A stretch of 64,000 bases of DNA, taken from the NCBI GenBank assembly GCA_963801605.1, contig CAWDFP010000006.1, positions 928,001-992,000 on the forward strand, given 5' to 3'. Source of the DNA: an uncultured candidate division Zixibacteria bacterium (GTDB lineage Bacteria; Zixibacteria; MSB-5A5; UBA10806). Positions 19,402 to 30,259 of this stretch are shown in pieces. The stretch's first letter is position 1, and every line of letters begins with the position of its first letter. The notes under the pieces are model-generated. The model had not been told where the DNA came from. It ran no database searches and saw nothing but the letters and a program-made list of their open reading frames with translations. The position numbers were made by a program, and so were the translations under genes.

Positions 19402-21732
19402 AATTGCGGTATCCTAACATATCGCGAAGGCAAATCAGGAGCGGCCTGGCGGTCCTACTTATCCTCTTATTAATGGGGATATTCCTGGACCGCCTGGTCT
19501 TCCCCTTACCGCTTGATAGTCTTCATAAGCCATCGGCTACATTTGTTTATAGTCACGATGGCAATCTCATGAGCTGTTTTGCGGCCCGCGATAGCTACTG
19601 GCGAAAACCTGTCAAGCTTTCCGAAATATCGCCGCTTCTGGTGCGAAGCGTAATCGCCTGCGAGGATCGCTGGTTTTATTATCATCCCGGAGTAAATCCT
19701 ATCTCTCTTGTTTCTGCGGCGGTTGACGATCTCAAAGCCGGAAAGGTCGTCCGTGGAGGTTCCACGATCACCATGCAAATCGCGCGCATGATGGAGCCAA
19801 AATCAAGAACGCTTAAGGCCAAAGTGATTGAAATTTTACGCGCTTTCCAACTTGAATTGCATTACTCCAAGCGCGAACTACTCGAGCTTTATTTCAATAT
19901 GGCGCCGTACGGAGGGAATATCGAGGGAGTCGGAACCGCGGCATATTTTTATTTCGGAAAACGGCCGATAGAACTATCCGCTTCGCAGGCGGCGCTCCTG
20001 GTTTCAATTCCCAACTCTCCAACAGCGCTTCGACCCGATTTGTATCTTGAGCGCAGTCTTCGCGCCAGGAAACGCGTTCTGGAAATAATGCTTTCTCGCG
20101 GGATAATTTCTAGAAAGGTAAATATACCGAGGCCCTTGATGAGGAGATAAAATCAAAACGATATGAGCCGCCGGCCTTTGCGCCTCATCTTTCGAGAGAA
20201 CTTGCCCTAAAAAATCCCGGACGGCCTGAAATCGTTTCGACTATCGATCTTAGATTTCAAAATATCTGCGAGGGGATTGTTAAAAATCATAAGGATTATT
20301 TAGCGGCCAAAGGAATCAGTAATGCAGCGGTGGTCATCTTAAAAAACTCAACCTGCGAAGTTGTCTCAATGGTTGGATCGGCAAATTTTAACGATGTAGC
20401 GCATCAAGGACAAGTCAATGGGGCAACTTCACCTCGTTCGCCGGGTTCGGCGTTAAAACCGTTTCTGTACGCAATGGCACTCGATAAAGGTTTGTTTTCC
20501 CCAAGTTCGCTGGTAGAGGACCTGCCGGTTTATTTTGGAGGATATTCGCCGGAAAACTACGATAAAGAATACCGCGGCGCCGTCTCGATGGCTGAAGCTT
20601 TGAGGCTTTCGCTCAATATTCCGGCTGTAACGATTTGTTCGAAAGTTGGCCAGGACGATTTTTACAGACTTCTTAAAAGCGGAGGGATTTCAACTCTCTA
20701 TCGCAAAGATTATGATTATGGCCTGCCGATTGTACTAGGAGCTTGCGAAATCAAACTCGTTGAACTTTCTGCGCTTTATAGCTCCCTGGCCCGTGATGGC
20801 ATATATATTCCTTTTAAAACAGAGCTTGCGACAGAATCAGGCGATACTACCAAATTATTTTCGCCGGGCGCATCATATATTATATCCGAGATTTTGAGTG
20901 AGCTTGAGAGGCCTGATTTTCCGTCAAGCTGGGAATTTGCCCCGGATATTCCTAAGGTTGCCTGGAAAACAGGCACATCGTATGGCCGCAAAGATGCCTG
21001 GTCAATCGGCTACAATCCAGATTATACGGTTGGCGTTTGGACAGGAAATTTCTCAGGAGAATCGTCACCCGATCTGGTGGGCGCCGGGGCCGCCGCGCCA
21101 ATCCTTTTTGAAATATTCGAATCTCTTGGTAACGGCCGAAGCGCCGGATGGTTCTCGCAGCCATCCGATGTCGCCACTCGAACGGTATGCGCAGTTAGTG
21201 GATTGCCTCCAAACCCCAACTGCCCTACAACAATCACCGAATTATATCTCGCGGGAGTATCTCCGGTCCAAACGTGCGAAATCCATAAAATGATTTTGGT
21301 CGATTCAGTCAGTGGCTATCGTCTCTGCCGTTTTGCTCCCGGAGTAAAAAGATAATCGAAAAAGTATACGAGGACTGGCCCCCCAAGCTTGCTACCTGGT
21401 TTGCTCAATCGGGAAAATTGGCGCTCGATATTCCTGAACATAATCCCGATTGTACCGGCACTTATGCCGGAGAAGGGCCCGTAATCATCTCACCGAACGA
21501 CGACGCCGTTTATGTTTTCAGAGAGCATGTTCCAGCCAATGAACAGGAAATTGCACTGGAGGCCTCGGCTTCATCAGGAGCACATGAACTTTATTGGTTT
21601 ATCGACGGCGAACTGTACAGACAAGCCAAACCGGGCGAGAAAATATTCTATGCGCCGGAGCCGGGAATCCATAAGCTTATTTGCAGTGATGAGGAAGGTC
21701 GATCCAGCTCGCTAACTCTTCGAATCGAATAG
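19398..21732 (+). CDS. pbpC: Penicillin-binding protein 1C; frameshifts near 20110 and 21340
   Basis: Transglycosylase EDRWFYYHPG, GGSTITMQ; transpeptidase SALKP, SLN, KTGTS; C-terminal BiPBP_C (LYWFIDG); spread over three ORFs. Confidence 0.9.
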
Positions 21733-22048
21733 CCCCCTAATTGATATTCGCTCGCATATGTGTAAGTCGTTTATTTATATAGTATTATGCGGAAAATAAA
21801 TATTCTTATTGACAGCGGGTCTTAACTCCTTAATTTATTGGCCGGTGATGGGAAGATAATGTGTTGGTGGTTGATGATGGCAAGCTCAAATACCAAATCT
21901 AACGATTTCTATTCTTATAGTAAATATGGCGTTCGCCAAATTGGCTTGGGCCTATTTTATCTTGTCATAGAAGGAATCTCCATTTTCAAAGAAATTATGG
22001 CTTAATATTTCGGCCGCGAATGCCGATACTTAATAGTAATGGTAATTA

Positions 22049-22066
22049 TTGTGAAATAATTCACAT
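22049..22066. promoter_or_regulatory. Rex-like operator 1
   Basis: TTGTGAA-ATAA-TTCACAT versus Rex consensus TTGTGAA-N4-TTCACAA. Confidence 0.75.
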
Positions 22067-22154
22067 CAACGCAGCGTGCGATCTTAGAGATAATTAAGCC
22101 AATCAAGTGTAATAACCTGAAACTGATGATAATGAAACTAAAAATGCTTTTAAC

Positions 22155-22183
22155 TTGCTTTATGTGAAATATTTCACTATTAT
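22155..22183 (+). promoter_or_regulatory. Sigma70 promoter of the hdr-mvh operon overlapped by Rex-like operator 2 (22162-22179)
   Basis: TTGCTT-17bp-TATTAT; ATGTGAA-ATAT-TTCACTA fills the spacer. Confidence 0.75.
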
Positions 22184-22312
22184 TGCGGCAATGGGTAAGA
22201 TTAAAGAGTATTGAAATATGAGAAACTTACTCGGAATAACAGAAAAGATATCCTCAATGGGACGAAATGCCCGGCGCGGACTGATTTTCTATTGTTCTGA
22301 AAAGGAGGAAAT

Positions 22313-22939
22313 GTGACAGAAAGGCAGAAATGGGATAAGATCACTTACGAAGCCGAACTCGATCCCAGGTTTGCCGAGGAGATCGCCGCCTTTCCCGGCG
22401 GAGACAAGATCTTCAACTGCATCCAATGTGGCACTTGCAGCGGGATATGTCCGATGAGTACCTACATGGACTACACCCCTCGTCGCATAGTGGCCATGAT
22501 CCGAGCCGGATTCAAACAGGATGTGCTTAGAAGCCACACTACCTGGCTTTGTGCCTCCTGTTATGCTTGCACGGTCGAATGCCCCAAAGGGGTTAAAATC
22601 ACCGATGTTATGTACGCCTGCAAGCGCATGGCAATCAAAGAGGGAGTTTATCCCAAAGGGTTCCCAATCCCAGTTTTAGCCCGCGTCTTCTATAACGAGG
22701 TCGAAAAAATGGGCCGCAGCAACGAGGGACCGATAATCGTAAAACTTTATCTCAAAACCAAACCCTTGGCGATGTTCAAGCAAATGGGATTGGGCATGAA
22801 ACTCTTTTTCCAGGGGCGCATGGGACTTAAGATGGAATCGATCAAGAAAAAAGATGAGCTTAAAAAGATCTTAAGCTATTTCGAAAAAGAATCCAAGCCC
22901 GCTAAAATAGGCGGATCGATCCGGAAGGAGGTTGTGTGA
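22313..22939 (+). CDS. hdrC: Heterodisulfide reductase subunit C
   Basis: CIQCGTCSGICP and WLCASCYACTVECP 4Fe-4S motifs; GTG start with SD AAGGAGG. Confidence 0.92.
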   Translation: MTERQKWDKITYEAELDPRFAEEIAAFPGGDKIFNCIQCGTCSGICPMSTYMDYTPRRIVAMIRAGFKQDVLRSHTTWLCASCYACTVECPKGVKITDVMYACKRMAIKEGVYPKGFPIPVLARVFYNEVEKMGRSNEGPIIVKLYLKTKPLAMFKQMGLGMKLFFQGRMGLKMESIKKKDELKKILSYFEKESKPAKIGGSIRKEVV

Positions 22940-23820
22940 GCTATTTGTACTTCCCCGGATGCTCCCTTAAGGGCAGCGGTAAGGCTTACGAGGAATCGTT
23001 TTTGGCGGTTTCGAAGGCGCTGGGTGTCGGCTTAACTGAAATCGAAGATTGGAATTGTTGTGGGGCGACCGCTTATATGGCGGTTAATGAGCTTAACTCG
23101 TTTGCTCTGACCGCGCGCAACCTTGCAATCGCCGAAAAGCATGCCGATAAGCGTGGCAGTGTCGATATGATCGCCCCCTGCGCCGCTTGTTACCTGGTGT
23201 TGAATAAAACTCAGAAATATCTTTCAGAGTATGACGGTATATCGAACAAAGTTAATCAGGCGCTCAACGCCGCTGGACTAAGCTATGAAGGCCGAGTTAA
23301 AATCCGCCATCCCCTTGATGTCTATCTCAATGACGTCGGCGTTGAAAAAATGAAATCAATCGTTAAAAAGCCGCTGACGGGGATGAAGGTGGCCTGCTAT
23401 TATGGCTGCCAGATTGTTCGGCCCTTCGCGACGTTTGATGATCAATACAATCCGACCAGCATGGACAAGATATTACAAGCTATGGGGGCGGAAACAATTG
23501 ATTGGCCGCTTAAAACCCGCTGCTGTGGCGGCTCACTAACCGGCACGATCCAGGAAGTCGGTATGCGGCTAAGTTACGTGCTTCTGCGCGAGGCCAATCG
23601 GTTAGGCGCCGACGCCGTTGCCACGGCTTGTCCGCTTTGCCAGTTTAATCTTGAATGCTACCAAAAGGATATGACCAAAAGTTACCATGAAAAAGTCGAT
23701 TTGCCGGTAGTCTACTTTACTCAACTAATGGGAAAAGCCCTCGGCCTTGGCGAAAAGGAACTTGGACTACAAAGGGTTTTTGTGCCGCTTAAGCCTATTC
23801 GGGCGACTGTCACCGAATGA
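22936..23820 (+). CDS. hdrB: Heterodisulfide reductase subunit B
   Basis: Two CCG domains: YFPGCS, WNCCGA, PCAAC, YYGC, RCCGG, ACPLC. Confidence 0.93.
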   Translation: MSYLYFPGCSLKGSGKAYEESFLAVSKALGVGLTEIEDWNCCGATAYMAVNELNSFALTARNLAIAEKHADKRGSVDMIAPCAACYLVLNKTQKYLSEYDGISNKVNQALNAAGLSYEGRVKIRHPLDVYLNDVGVEKMKSIVKKPLTGMKVACYYGCQIVRPFATFDDQYNPTSMDKILQAMGAETIDWPLKTRCCGGSLTGTIQEVGMRLSYVLLREANRLGADAVATACPLCQFNLECYQKDMTKSYHEKVDLPVVYFTQLMGKALGLGEKELGLQRVFVPLKPIRATVTE

Positions 23821-23832
23821 AAGGAGCTGCAA

Positions 23833-25834
23833 ATGTCTGAGAATAAAAGTAATGGCGCTCCTAAAATTGGGGTTTATGTCTGCCATTGCGGAATTAATAT
23901 CGCCAGTAAAGTTAATATATCGGAGACTGTGGATTTTGCCAAAACCCTCCCAAATGTGACCGTAGCTCGCGAATACAAATTCATGTGCTCCGACCCCGGT
24001 CAGGATCTTATCGCTCAGGATATTAAAAGCGGTCTGGTCGATCGCGTCGTGGTGGCCTCTTGTTCGCCTCTAATGCACGAGGCAACGTTCCGCCGGGCCA
24101 CCGAGAAGGCCGGCGAGAATCCCTTCATGTTCCAGATGGCCAATATCCGCGAGCATGTGAGTTGGGTTACATCCGATAAAGAAGCGGCCACTCAAAAATC
24201 GAAAGCGTTGATAGCGGCCGCGGTCAGGCGAGTGGCCCTGCACCATCCGCTTGAGCAAAAGAAAGTGCCGGTTAATCCTAATGTAATGGTGGTTGGCGGC
24301 GGTATTGCCGGAATCCATGCCGCATTAACTCTGGCTGCGGCCGGCAAGAAGGTTTATCTCGTCGAACGCGAACCTACTATCGGCGGCCACATGGCCAAAT
24401 TCGATAAAACCTTCCCAACTCTCGATTGCGCTGCCTGTATTCTGACACCAAAAATGTCGCAGGTTAAGGGCAATAAGAATATCACCCTCTGGACATATTC
24501 CGAGGTTGACTCCGTTGAAGGTTATGTCGGAAATTTCAAAGTCAAGGTGAGGCGCAAACCACGTTATGTAATCGAGGACCTCTGCGTGGGATGCTCGGTT
24601 TGTATCGATGAATGCACGTATAAATCGGGCCGCTTCCCTGATGAATTCAACGAAGGTCTTTGCAAACGCAAACCGGTCTATATGCCTTTCCCGCAGGCCA
24701 CACCGTCGGTGGTCTTGATCGATCCCGAGACTTGCTTGAAGTTCCAAAAGGGAGGTAAGTGCAAAGCCCCTTGCGCCACATCGTGCGAACGGGAAGCTAT
24801 CGACTTTGAACAGAAGGACGAGATTAAGGAGATCGAGGTTGGCGCTATAATCATGGCCACTGGTTTCCAGACATTTAATGCTAAACAAATACCTCGCTAC
24901 GGTTACGGCAAATATTCACAAGTAATGACCAGCCTCGAAGTGGAGCGTCTGGTTAACGCCTCCGGCCCGACCGGCGGTGAGGTGGTTATGGCTGATGGCA
25001 AAAAACCGAAATCGGTTGGTATTGTGCATTGTGTGGGGAGCCGCGATGTCAACACTCACGCCTACTGCTCACGGGTTTGCTGCATGTATTCGCTCAAGTT
25101 AGCGCATCTGGTCAAAGAACGTACCGGAGCGGAGGTATACAACTTCTATATCGATATGCGAACTCCCGGCAAGGGATACGAGGAGTTTTACGATAAGCTC
25201 CTAAAAGAGGGCGTGCACTTTATCCGAGGGCGCGTGGCTGAGATTTCGGACTGGGCCATGACTCCCGAGGAAGAGGGTAAGCTCGTAATCAGGGCGGAGG
25301 ATACGTTGGTTGGCGTGGTTCGTCGTATACCGGTCGACATGGTTATCCTCTCTGTAGGCTTGGAGCCGCGCAAAGATGCCGATGATATGCGTCGTCAAAT
25401 TCAATATCAGTTGCAGCGCGGATGGTTGGTTCCTGGAACGTCATCCCAAGTTAGCGCCGGTATCAACCTTTACGGATGGCGTATACTTAGCCGGAGCATG
25501 CCAGGGTCCAAAGGATATCCCAGATACAGTTGCCCAGGCCGGCGCAGCCGCTGCCGAGGCTTTGGCGATTATTGATCGCGGTTATGTGGAACTTGAGCCG
25601 AATACTGTTTTCCTGCAAGATGAGTTCTGCTCGGGCTGCAGGACCTGTATCGGCCTCTGCCCTTACAGCGCCTTGAGTTTCGACGCCGAGAAAAACACTG
25701 CCGTCGTCAACGGCGCGCTCTGCAAAGGATGCGGCACCTGCGTGGCGGCTTGCCCGTCGGGAGCTTTGCAGCAAAACCTGTTTACAGATGAGGAAATTTA
25801 CGAAGAAATCAAGGGAGTATTAAATTATGTCTGA
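23833..25834 (+). CDS. hdrA: Heterodisulfide reductase subunit A; frameshift near 25397
   Basis: GVYVCHCG, VGGGIAG FAD site, KTFPTLDCAACI, HCVGSRD, YCSRVCCMY; C-terminal GACQGPKDIP and two ferredoxin motifs in ORF 25376-25834. Confidence 0.93.
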
Positions 25835-26297
25835 TAATGCTAAACCGTTCGAGCCCAGAATAGTGGCCTTCTTCTGCAATTGGTGTACTTACACCGGGGC
25901 CGATCTGGCTGGCATCTCGCGCATGACTTATGCCCCCAATGCCAGGATCGTACGTATTATGTGCTCCGGCCGCCTCGACCCGCAGTTTATCATGACAGCA
26001 TTCAGGGAGGGCGCCGATGGTGTCCTCATTGGCGGCTGTCATCCCGGCGATTGCCACTATCAGGAAGGAAACTACAAAGCCTTGCGTCGTTTCACGCTTC
26101 TGAAAAATGTCTTGAAAGATTTCGGAATCGATGAGAAGAGAGTTAGGCTGGAATGGATTTCGGCCTCCGAGGGAGATAGAGTTCAAAAGGTAATGAATGA
26201 AATGAGCGAAACAGTCCGTCAGCTTGGACCGCTTAGGCTTGAAATACCAACTGAGCATGAAGGGGCCGTTCATGCGGCCAAAGGAGGTGCCAAGTGA
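25827..26297 (+). CDS. mvhD: Methyl-viologen-reducing hydrogenase delta subunit
   Basis: FFCNWCTY.GAD, MCSGR, GCHPGDCHY, WISASEG. Confidence 0.93.
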   Translation: MSDNAKPFEPRIVAFFCNWCTYTGADLAGISRMTYAPNARIVRIMCSGRLDPQFIMTAFREGADGVLIGGCHPGDCHYQEGNYKALRRFTLLKNVLKDFGIDEKRVRLEWISASEGDRVQKVMNEMSETVRQLGPLRLEIPTEHEGAVHAAKGGAK

Positions 26298-27269
26298 GTA
26301 AGCCGAAAGTCGGATTTTATTGGTGCGCCTCCTGCGGTGGATGTGAGGAGGCTGTAGTCGATCTCAACGAGGATATCTTAAAGGTCGTCGATGCGGTCGA
26401 TATCGTCTTCTGGCCTGTAGCGCTTGATTTCAAGCGTGAGGATGTGGAGAAGATGGCAGGATGGCGAGATGGCGGTTTGCTTTGTAAATGGCGCTATCCG
26501 AAGCTCCGAACAGCTTGAAATGGCCGAACTGATGCGAAAAAAATCCGGACTGTTGGTGGCTTTTGGAAGCTGTGCCCAACTTGGTGGAATTCCCGGATTA
26601 GCAAATCTTAAAAGTCTTAATGGTATTCTGCAGCGCGCCTATATCGAGGCCCAAAGCGTAACTAACGATCAAAAGACGATTCCCCAATTGGAGACCATAG
26701 TTCCCGAGGGGAAAGTCTTTCTGCCTAAACTCTGGGAAACTGTAAAAACATTGGATCAGGTGGTCGATGTAGATTATTATTTACCAGGTTGCCCTCCTCC
26801 GACTAAGCTCATCGTGGGTGCAGTCATGGCGATTCTCGAAGGAAAGCTTCCGCCTAAGGGAGCGGTTCTCGCGCCGGATATCGCCCTCTGCGAGGAATGT
26901 CCTCGCAAGAAGACCAAACCGGATAAACCGTTGCTGAAGGATTATAAAAGGCCACATGAGATTATTATCGATCCGGAAAAATGCCTCCTATCTCAAGGCC
27001 TATTATGCCTGGGCGCCGCCACGCGTAGCGCCTGCGATTCGGCCTGTGTAAATGCTAATATGCCGTGTACTGGATGTATGGGCCCGACCAGCCATGTCAA
27101 AGATTATGGCGCCAAGGCTCTTTCGGCAATAACTTCGATACTTGATTCCAACGATGAGAAGGAAATCGCGGCAGCTATGGCGCATATAGTTGATCCGACC
27201 GGCACCTTCTATCGTTACAGCCTGCCGGCCTCACAGCTTCACAAGAGAGTCGGAAAGGAGAAGGTATGA
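26294..27269 (+). CDS. mvhG: [NiFe]-hydrogenase group 3c small subunit; frameshift near 26460
   Basis: CASCGGC, FGSCA, LPGCPP, CEEC, CLLSQG..CLG..TR..C...C....PCTGC. Confidence 0.9.
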
Positions 27270-28729
27270 AACGCGAAATAATAATTGACCCCATCACTCG
27301 GTTAGAGGGTCATGGCAAGATAAATATATTCCTCGATGATGCCGGGAACGTTGAAAAAGCATACTTTCAGGTTCCCGAACTAAGAGGTTTCGAGAAGTTT
27401 GCCGAGGGCCGTCCTGCCGAGGATATGCCGCAGATAACATCGCGTATCTGTGGAGTCTGCCCCACAGCACATCACATGGCTGCGACCAAAGCGCTGGATG
27501 ATCTCTACAAAGTCGATCCGCCATCGGCAGCCAAAAAAATCCGGGAGCTATTCTATAATGTCTTCTATGTAGAAGATCATGCTCTGCATTTCTTCTTCTT
27601 AGGCGGACCTGATTTTGTAGTCGGTCCCACTGCTCCCAAAGGCCAGAGAAATATCTTAGGTGTTTTGGGTAAAGTTGGCCTGGAGATCGGCAAGGAAGTC
27701 ATCGGGCTTCGTAAGCAAATGCGAGAGCTGATGGTTCTCACCGGCGGCAAAGCGATTCATCCAGTCCTGGGATTACCCGGCGGAGTTTCCAAGGCGATTT
27801 CGAAGGATGATCAGGTGAAGTTTATTGCGGCTGGTGAGCATGCGGTAAAATTCGCCGAATTCAGCCTCAAGATATTTGCTGATGTGGTTCTTAAAAACAA
27901 GCAGTATGTAGATTGGATTCTTTCCGATACCTACACCCATAAGACCTATTATATGGGCATGGTCGATAGCAAGAACAAGGTCAATTTCTACGATGGATTG
28001 ATTAGAGTTGTCGGCCCGGATGGCAAAGAGTTTCTGAAATTCAAAACTCAGGATTATCTCAAGCACGTGGCCGAACATGTCGAGCCCTGGAGCTATATCA
28101 AATTCTGTTATCTCAAAGATGTTGGCTGGAAAGGTTTCGAAGAAGGGCCGCGAAGCGGTATTTATGCGGTTGCGCCATTAGCTCGTCTCAACGCGTCCGA
28201 TGGCATGGCAACCCCTAAAGCTCAGGCTGCTTACGAAGAGTTTTTCAAAACACTCGGCGGAAAACCGGTGCATCACACACTGGCCAATCACTGGGCCAGG
28301 CTGGTCGAAATGCTCTATGCCGCAGAGAGAGTGCTCGAGCTCGCCAAAGACCCCGAAATAACCGATCCGAACGTTCGTACTCTTCCCGTTGAAACACCCA
28401 AAGAGGGTATCGGCATAGTTGAGGCTCCTCGGGGAACGCTTTTCCATCATTATCAATCTGATGATCGCGGAGTTGTTACCAAGGCCAATTTGATCGTAGC
28501 TACCCAGAATAACGCGGCGCGCATGGCAATGTCGGTCGATAAGGCGGCTCGTGGCCTGATTAAGAACGGTAAGGCCGATGACGGTATCCTGAATATGATC
28601 GAGATGGCATTCCGCGCCTACGATCCGTGCCATGGCTGCGCGACACATGCTCTTCCGGGACAGACACCAATCCTGGTGCGTATATATGGTAAAGATGGCC
28701 AGGTAAAACAGGAAATAAGACGGGACTAA
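27266..28729 (+). CDS. mvhA: [NiFe]-hydrogenase group 3c large subunit
   Basis: DPITRLEGH, L1 RICGVC, EAPRG, L2 DPCHGCATH plus cleavable C-terminal tail. Confidence 0.95.
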   Translation: MKREIIIDPITRLEGHGKINIFLDDAGNVEKAYFQVPELRGFEKFAEGRPAEDMPQITSRICGVCPTAHHMAATKALDDLYKVDPPSAAKKIRELFYNVFYVEDHALHFFFLGGPDFVVGPTAPKGQRNILGVLGKVGLEIGKEVIGLRKQMRELMVLTGGKAIHPVLGLPGGVSKAISKDDQVKFIAAGEHAVKFAEFSLKIFADVVLKNKQYVDWILSDTYTHKTYYMGMVDSKNKVNFYDGLIRVVGPDGKEFLKFKTQDYLKHVAEHVEPWSYIKFCYLKDVGWKGFEEGPRSGIYAVAPLARLNASDGMATPKAQAAYEEFFKTLGGKPVHHTLANHWARLVEMLYAAERVLELAKDPEITDPNVRTLPVETPKEGIGIVEAPRGTLFHHYQSDDRGVVTKANLIVATQNNAARMAMSVDKAARGLIKNGKADDGILNMIEMAFRAYDPCHGCATHALPGQTPILVRIYGKDGQVKQEIRRD

Positions 28730-28736
28730 TAAATTT

Positions 28737-29210
28737 GTGAAGACGCTTGTATTGGGACTCGGCAACGAGCTCATATCGGATGATGGCCTGGGGCTGTTGG
28801 CAGTACGACGGCTTAAAGAAGAAAATGGCACTTCCGCTGAGATTATCGAAAGCGGTTTGTGCGGTATGGCACTTCTCGATCTCTTCGTTGGCTTCGAGAG
28901 AGCCATTATCGTCGATGCAGTCAAGACTGGTCGCGGGGTTCCCGGTACCATCTATGAGTATAATCCGGATGATCTCGGGCCGGTGTTTGCGCCATCACCT
29001 CATTACAGCGGCCTTCCGGAATTATTGGATACGGCTGCCCAACTTGGGCTTGATTTTCCCGGTGAAATCAAGATATTTGCAATGGAGGTTTCCGATCCTT
29101 ATACTATAGGGGGCGGACTTACCAAACAGGTTGATGAGTCATTGGGAAATCTCGTTGAGAAAATCAGGACCCAGTTGCGTTACTGGGAAAAGGTGGAAAC
29201 TGATGCATGA
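28737..29210 (+). CDS. Hydrogenase maturation protease
   Basis: LGLGNELISDDGLG, IIVDAV, SPH. Confidence 0.9.
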   Translation: MKTLVLGLGNELISDDGLGLLAVRRLKEENGTSAEIIESGLCGMALLDLFVGFERAIIVDAVKTGRGVPGTIYEYNPDDLGPVFAPSPHYSGLPELLDTAAQLGLDFPGEIKIFAMEVSDPYTIGGGLTKQVDESLGNLVEKIRTQLRYWEKVETDA

Positions 29211-29547
29211 GTATTCGATAGTTCAAGATCTCGTGGAGCGGCTTCTTCATGAGATGGAAGAAAAAGGCGCAACAAGCGTTAAGCAAATTCGTTTGCGACG
29301 CGGCAGCACTTTCGCGGAGGCTCCGCTTCAACAGGCATTTCTAATTATGTCTGAAAATACTCCTTTAGAAGGCGCCGAGCTTGTAATCGAATCTTTCAAT
29401 GTCGAATACAAATGCAAATCCTGCAGTCATTCCCAGGTTGTAACAGCGGATGATCTCATCGGCCATTTGTTCGTTTGCCCCGAATGCGGCGAGGCGGTTG
29501 AGATGGACGAGGCCCACGGACTGGAACTTTTAGAAGTAGTTTATTAG
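29203..29547 (+). CDS. hypA: Hydrogenase nickel metallochaperone HypA
   Basis: MHE N-terminus at ATG 29203; CKSC and CPEC. Confidence 0.88.
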   Translation: MHEYSIVQDLVERLLHEMEEKGATSVKQIRLRRGSTFAEAPLQQAFLIMSENTPLEGAELVIESFNVEYKCKSCSHSQVVTADDLIGHLFVCPECGEAVEMDEAHGLELLEVVY

Positions 29548-29571
29548 TCGCGAGTTTAGAGTTATGATTTG

Positions 29572-29607
29572 AACGAGGTGTACGAAAGTATGCCTTGTTT
29601 TTATTTA
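29572..29607 (+). terminator. Terminator of the hdr-mvh operon
   Basis: AACGAGGTGTAC-GAAA-GTATGCCTTGTT then T-rich tail. Confidence 0.75.
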
Positions 29608-29621
29608 TATAATTGCTGGAT

Positions 29622-29780
29622 ATGGCGCGGGTTCCGCCTTTCGACCCTCTGGGTCGAAAGTAGGAAATCCGCATTGAAATTGTAAATACTGCAAGATGAA
29701 ATATTTGAGAGGCTTTCATCTCGAAGTTGAATTTCTTGTAGCGGATTTCCGCCCAAAGGGGAGCGGAACCCGCGTGCCAT
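29622..29780. repeat. Nested palindromic element (REPIN/MITE-like or structured ncRNA)
   Basis: Stems 29627-29637/29763-29773, 29638-29647/29651-29660, 29663-29672/29741-29750, 29694-29701/29714-29721. Confidence 0.65.
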
Positions 29781-29802
29781 GACTGCAATCGCGATTTTTA
29801 AT

Positions 29803-29874
29803 AAAAAAATATAACCGCATCCTTACTTGGGACGATTAATCGATCCAATCTTAAATGCGGTTATTTGTTTTTTT
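29803..29874. terminator. Bidirectional terminator downstream of the RRM gene
   Basis: ATAACCGCAT (29811-29820)/ATGCGGTTAT (29855-29864) flanked by A and T tracts. Confidence 0.65.
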
Positions 29875-29911
29875 ATATGCTACGCCGGACAATTCCGGTG
29901 CGAAGACCTAA

Positions 29912-30259
29912 TTAAAAGCCGCGACCTCCGCCTCTGCCGCCACGGTCACCGCCGCGATCGCCGCCGCGTCCGCCACGGAATCCGCCACCGCCGCCGCCGT
30001 CTCTATCGCCGCGGCTCTCACGAGGACGAGCTTCACTAACCTTAAGCGACCGGCCCTTTAGGTCTTGACCGTTAAGCCCGCTGATAGCCGCTGTGGCTTC
30101 AGCCTTGGTTGGCATCTCTACAAATGCGAATCCTCTCGATTCACCGCTGAATTTGTCTTTGATAATTGTTGCGCTTGTTACCTGTCCGAAGGCCTCGAAT
30201 GCCTGCCGTAAATCCTCATCGGTGGCATCATGCGCTAAGTTACCCACGTAAATGTTCAT
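29912..30259 (-). CDS. RRM RNA-binding protein with RGG tail
   Basis: RNP2 IYVGNL, RNP1 RGFAFVEM, Gly/Arg-rich C-terminus; SD AGGAGG. Confidence 0.95.
   Translation of the reverse strand: MNIYVGNLAHDATDEDLRQAFEAFGQVTSATIIKDKFSGESRGFAFVEMPTKAEATAAISGLNGQDLKGRSLKVSEARPRESRGDRDGGGGGGFRGGRGGDRGGDRGGRGGGRGF

Noticed and set aside
21733..22312. Riboswitch or ncRNA in the 580-bp gap before hdrC
   Set aside because: AT-rich with no recognisable aptamer or stable structure; largely explained by promoter and operator sites
25376..26520. Selenocysteine recoding in hdrA/mvhD/mvhG
   Set aside because: The breaks are frame changes from one extra base, not in-frame TGA, and the relevant positions are Cys
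28178..28951. Long antisense ORF (257 aa); likewise 24325-24888, 42892-43500, 43564-44379 and 12530-12829
   Set aside because: Shadows of well-conserved genes on the opposite strand with no recognisable motifs
29915..30015. CCG-rich tandem repeats
   Set aside because: They encode the Gly/Arg-rich tail of the RRM protein
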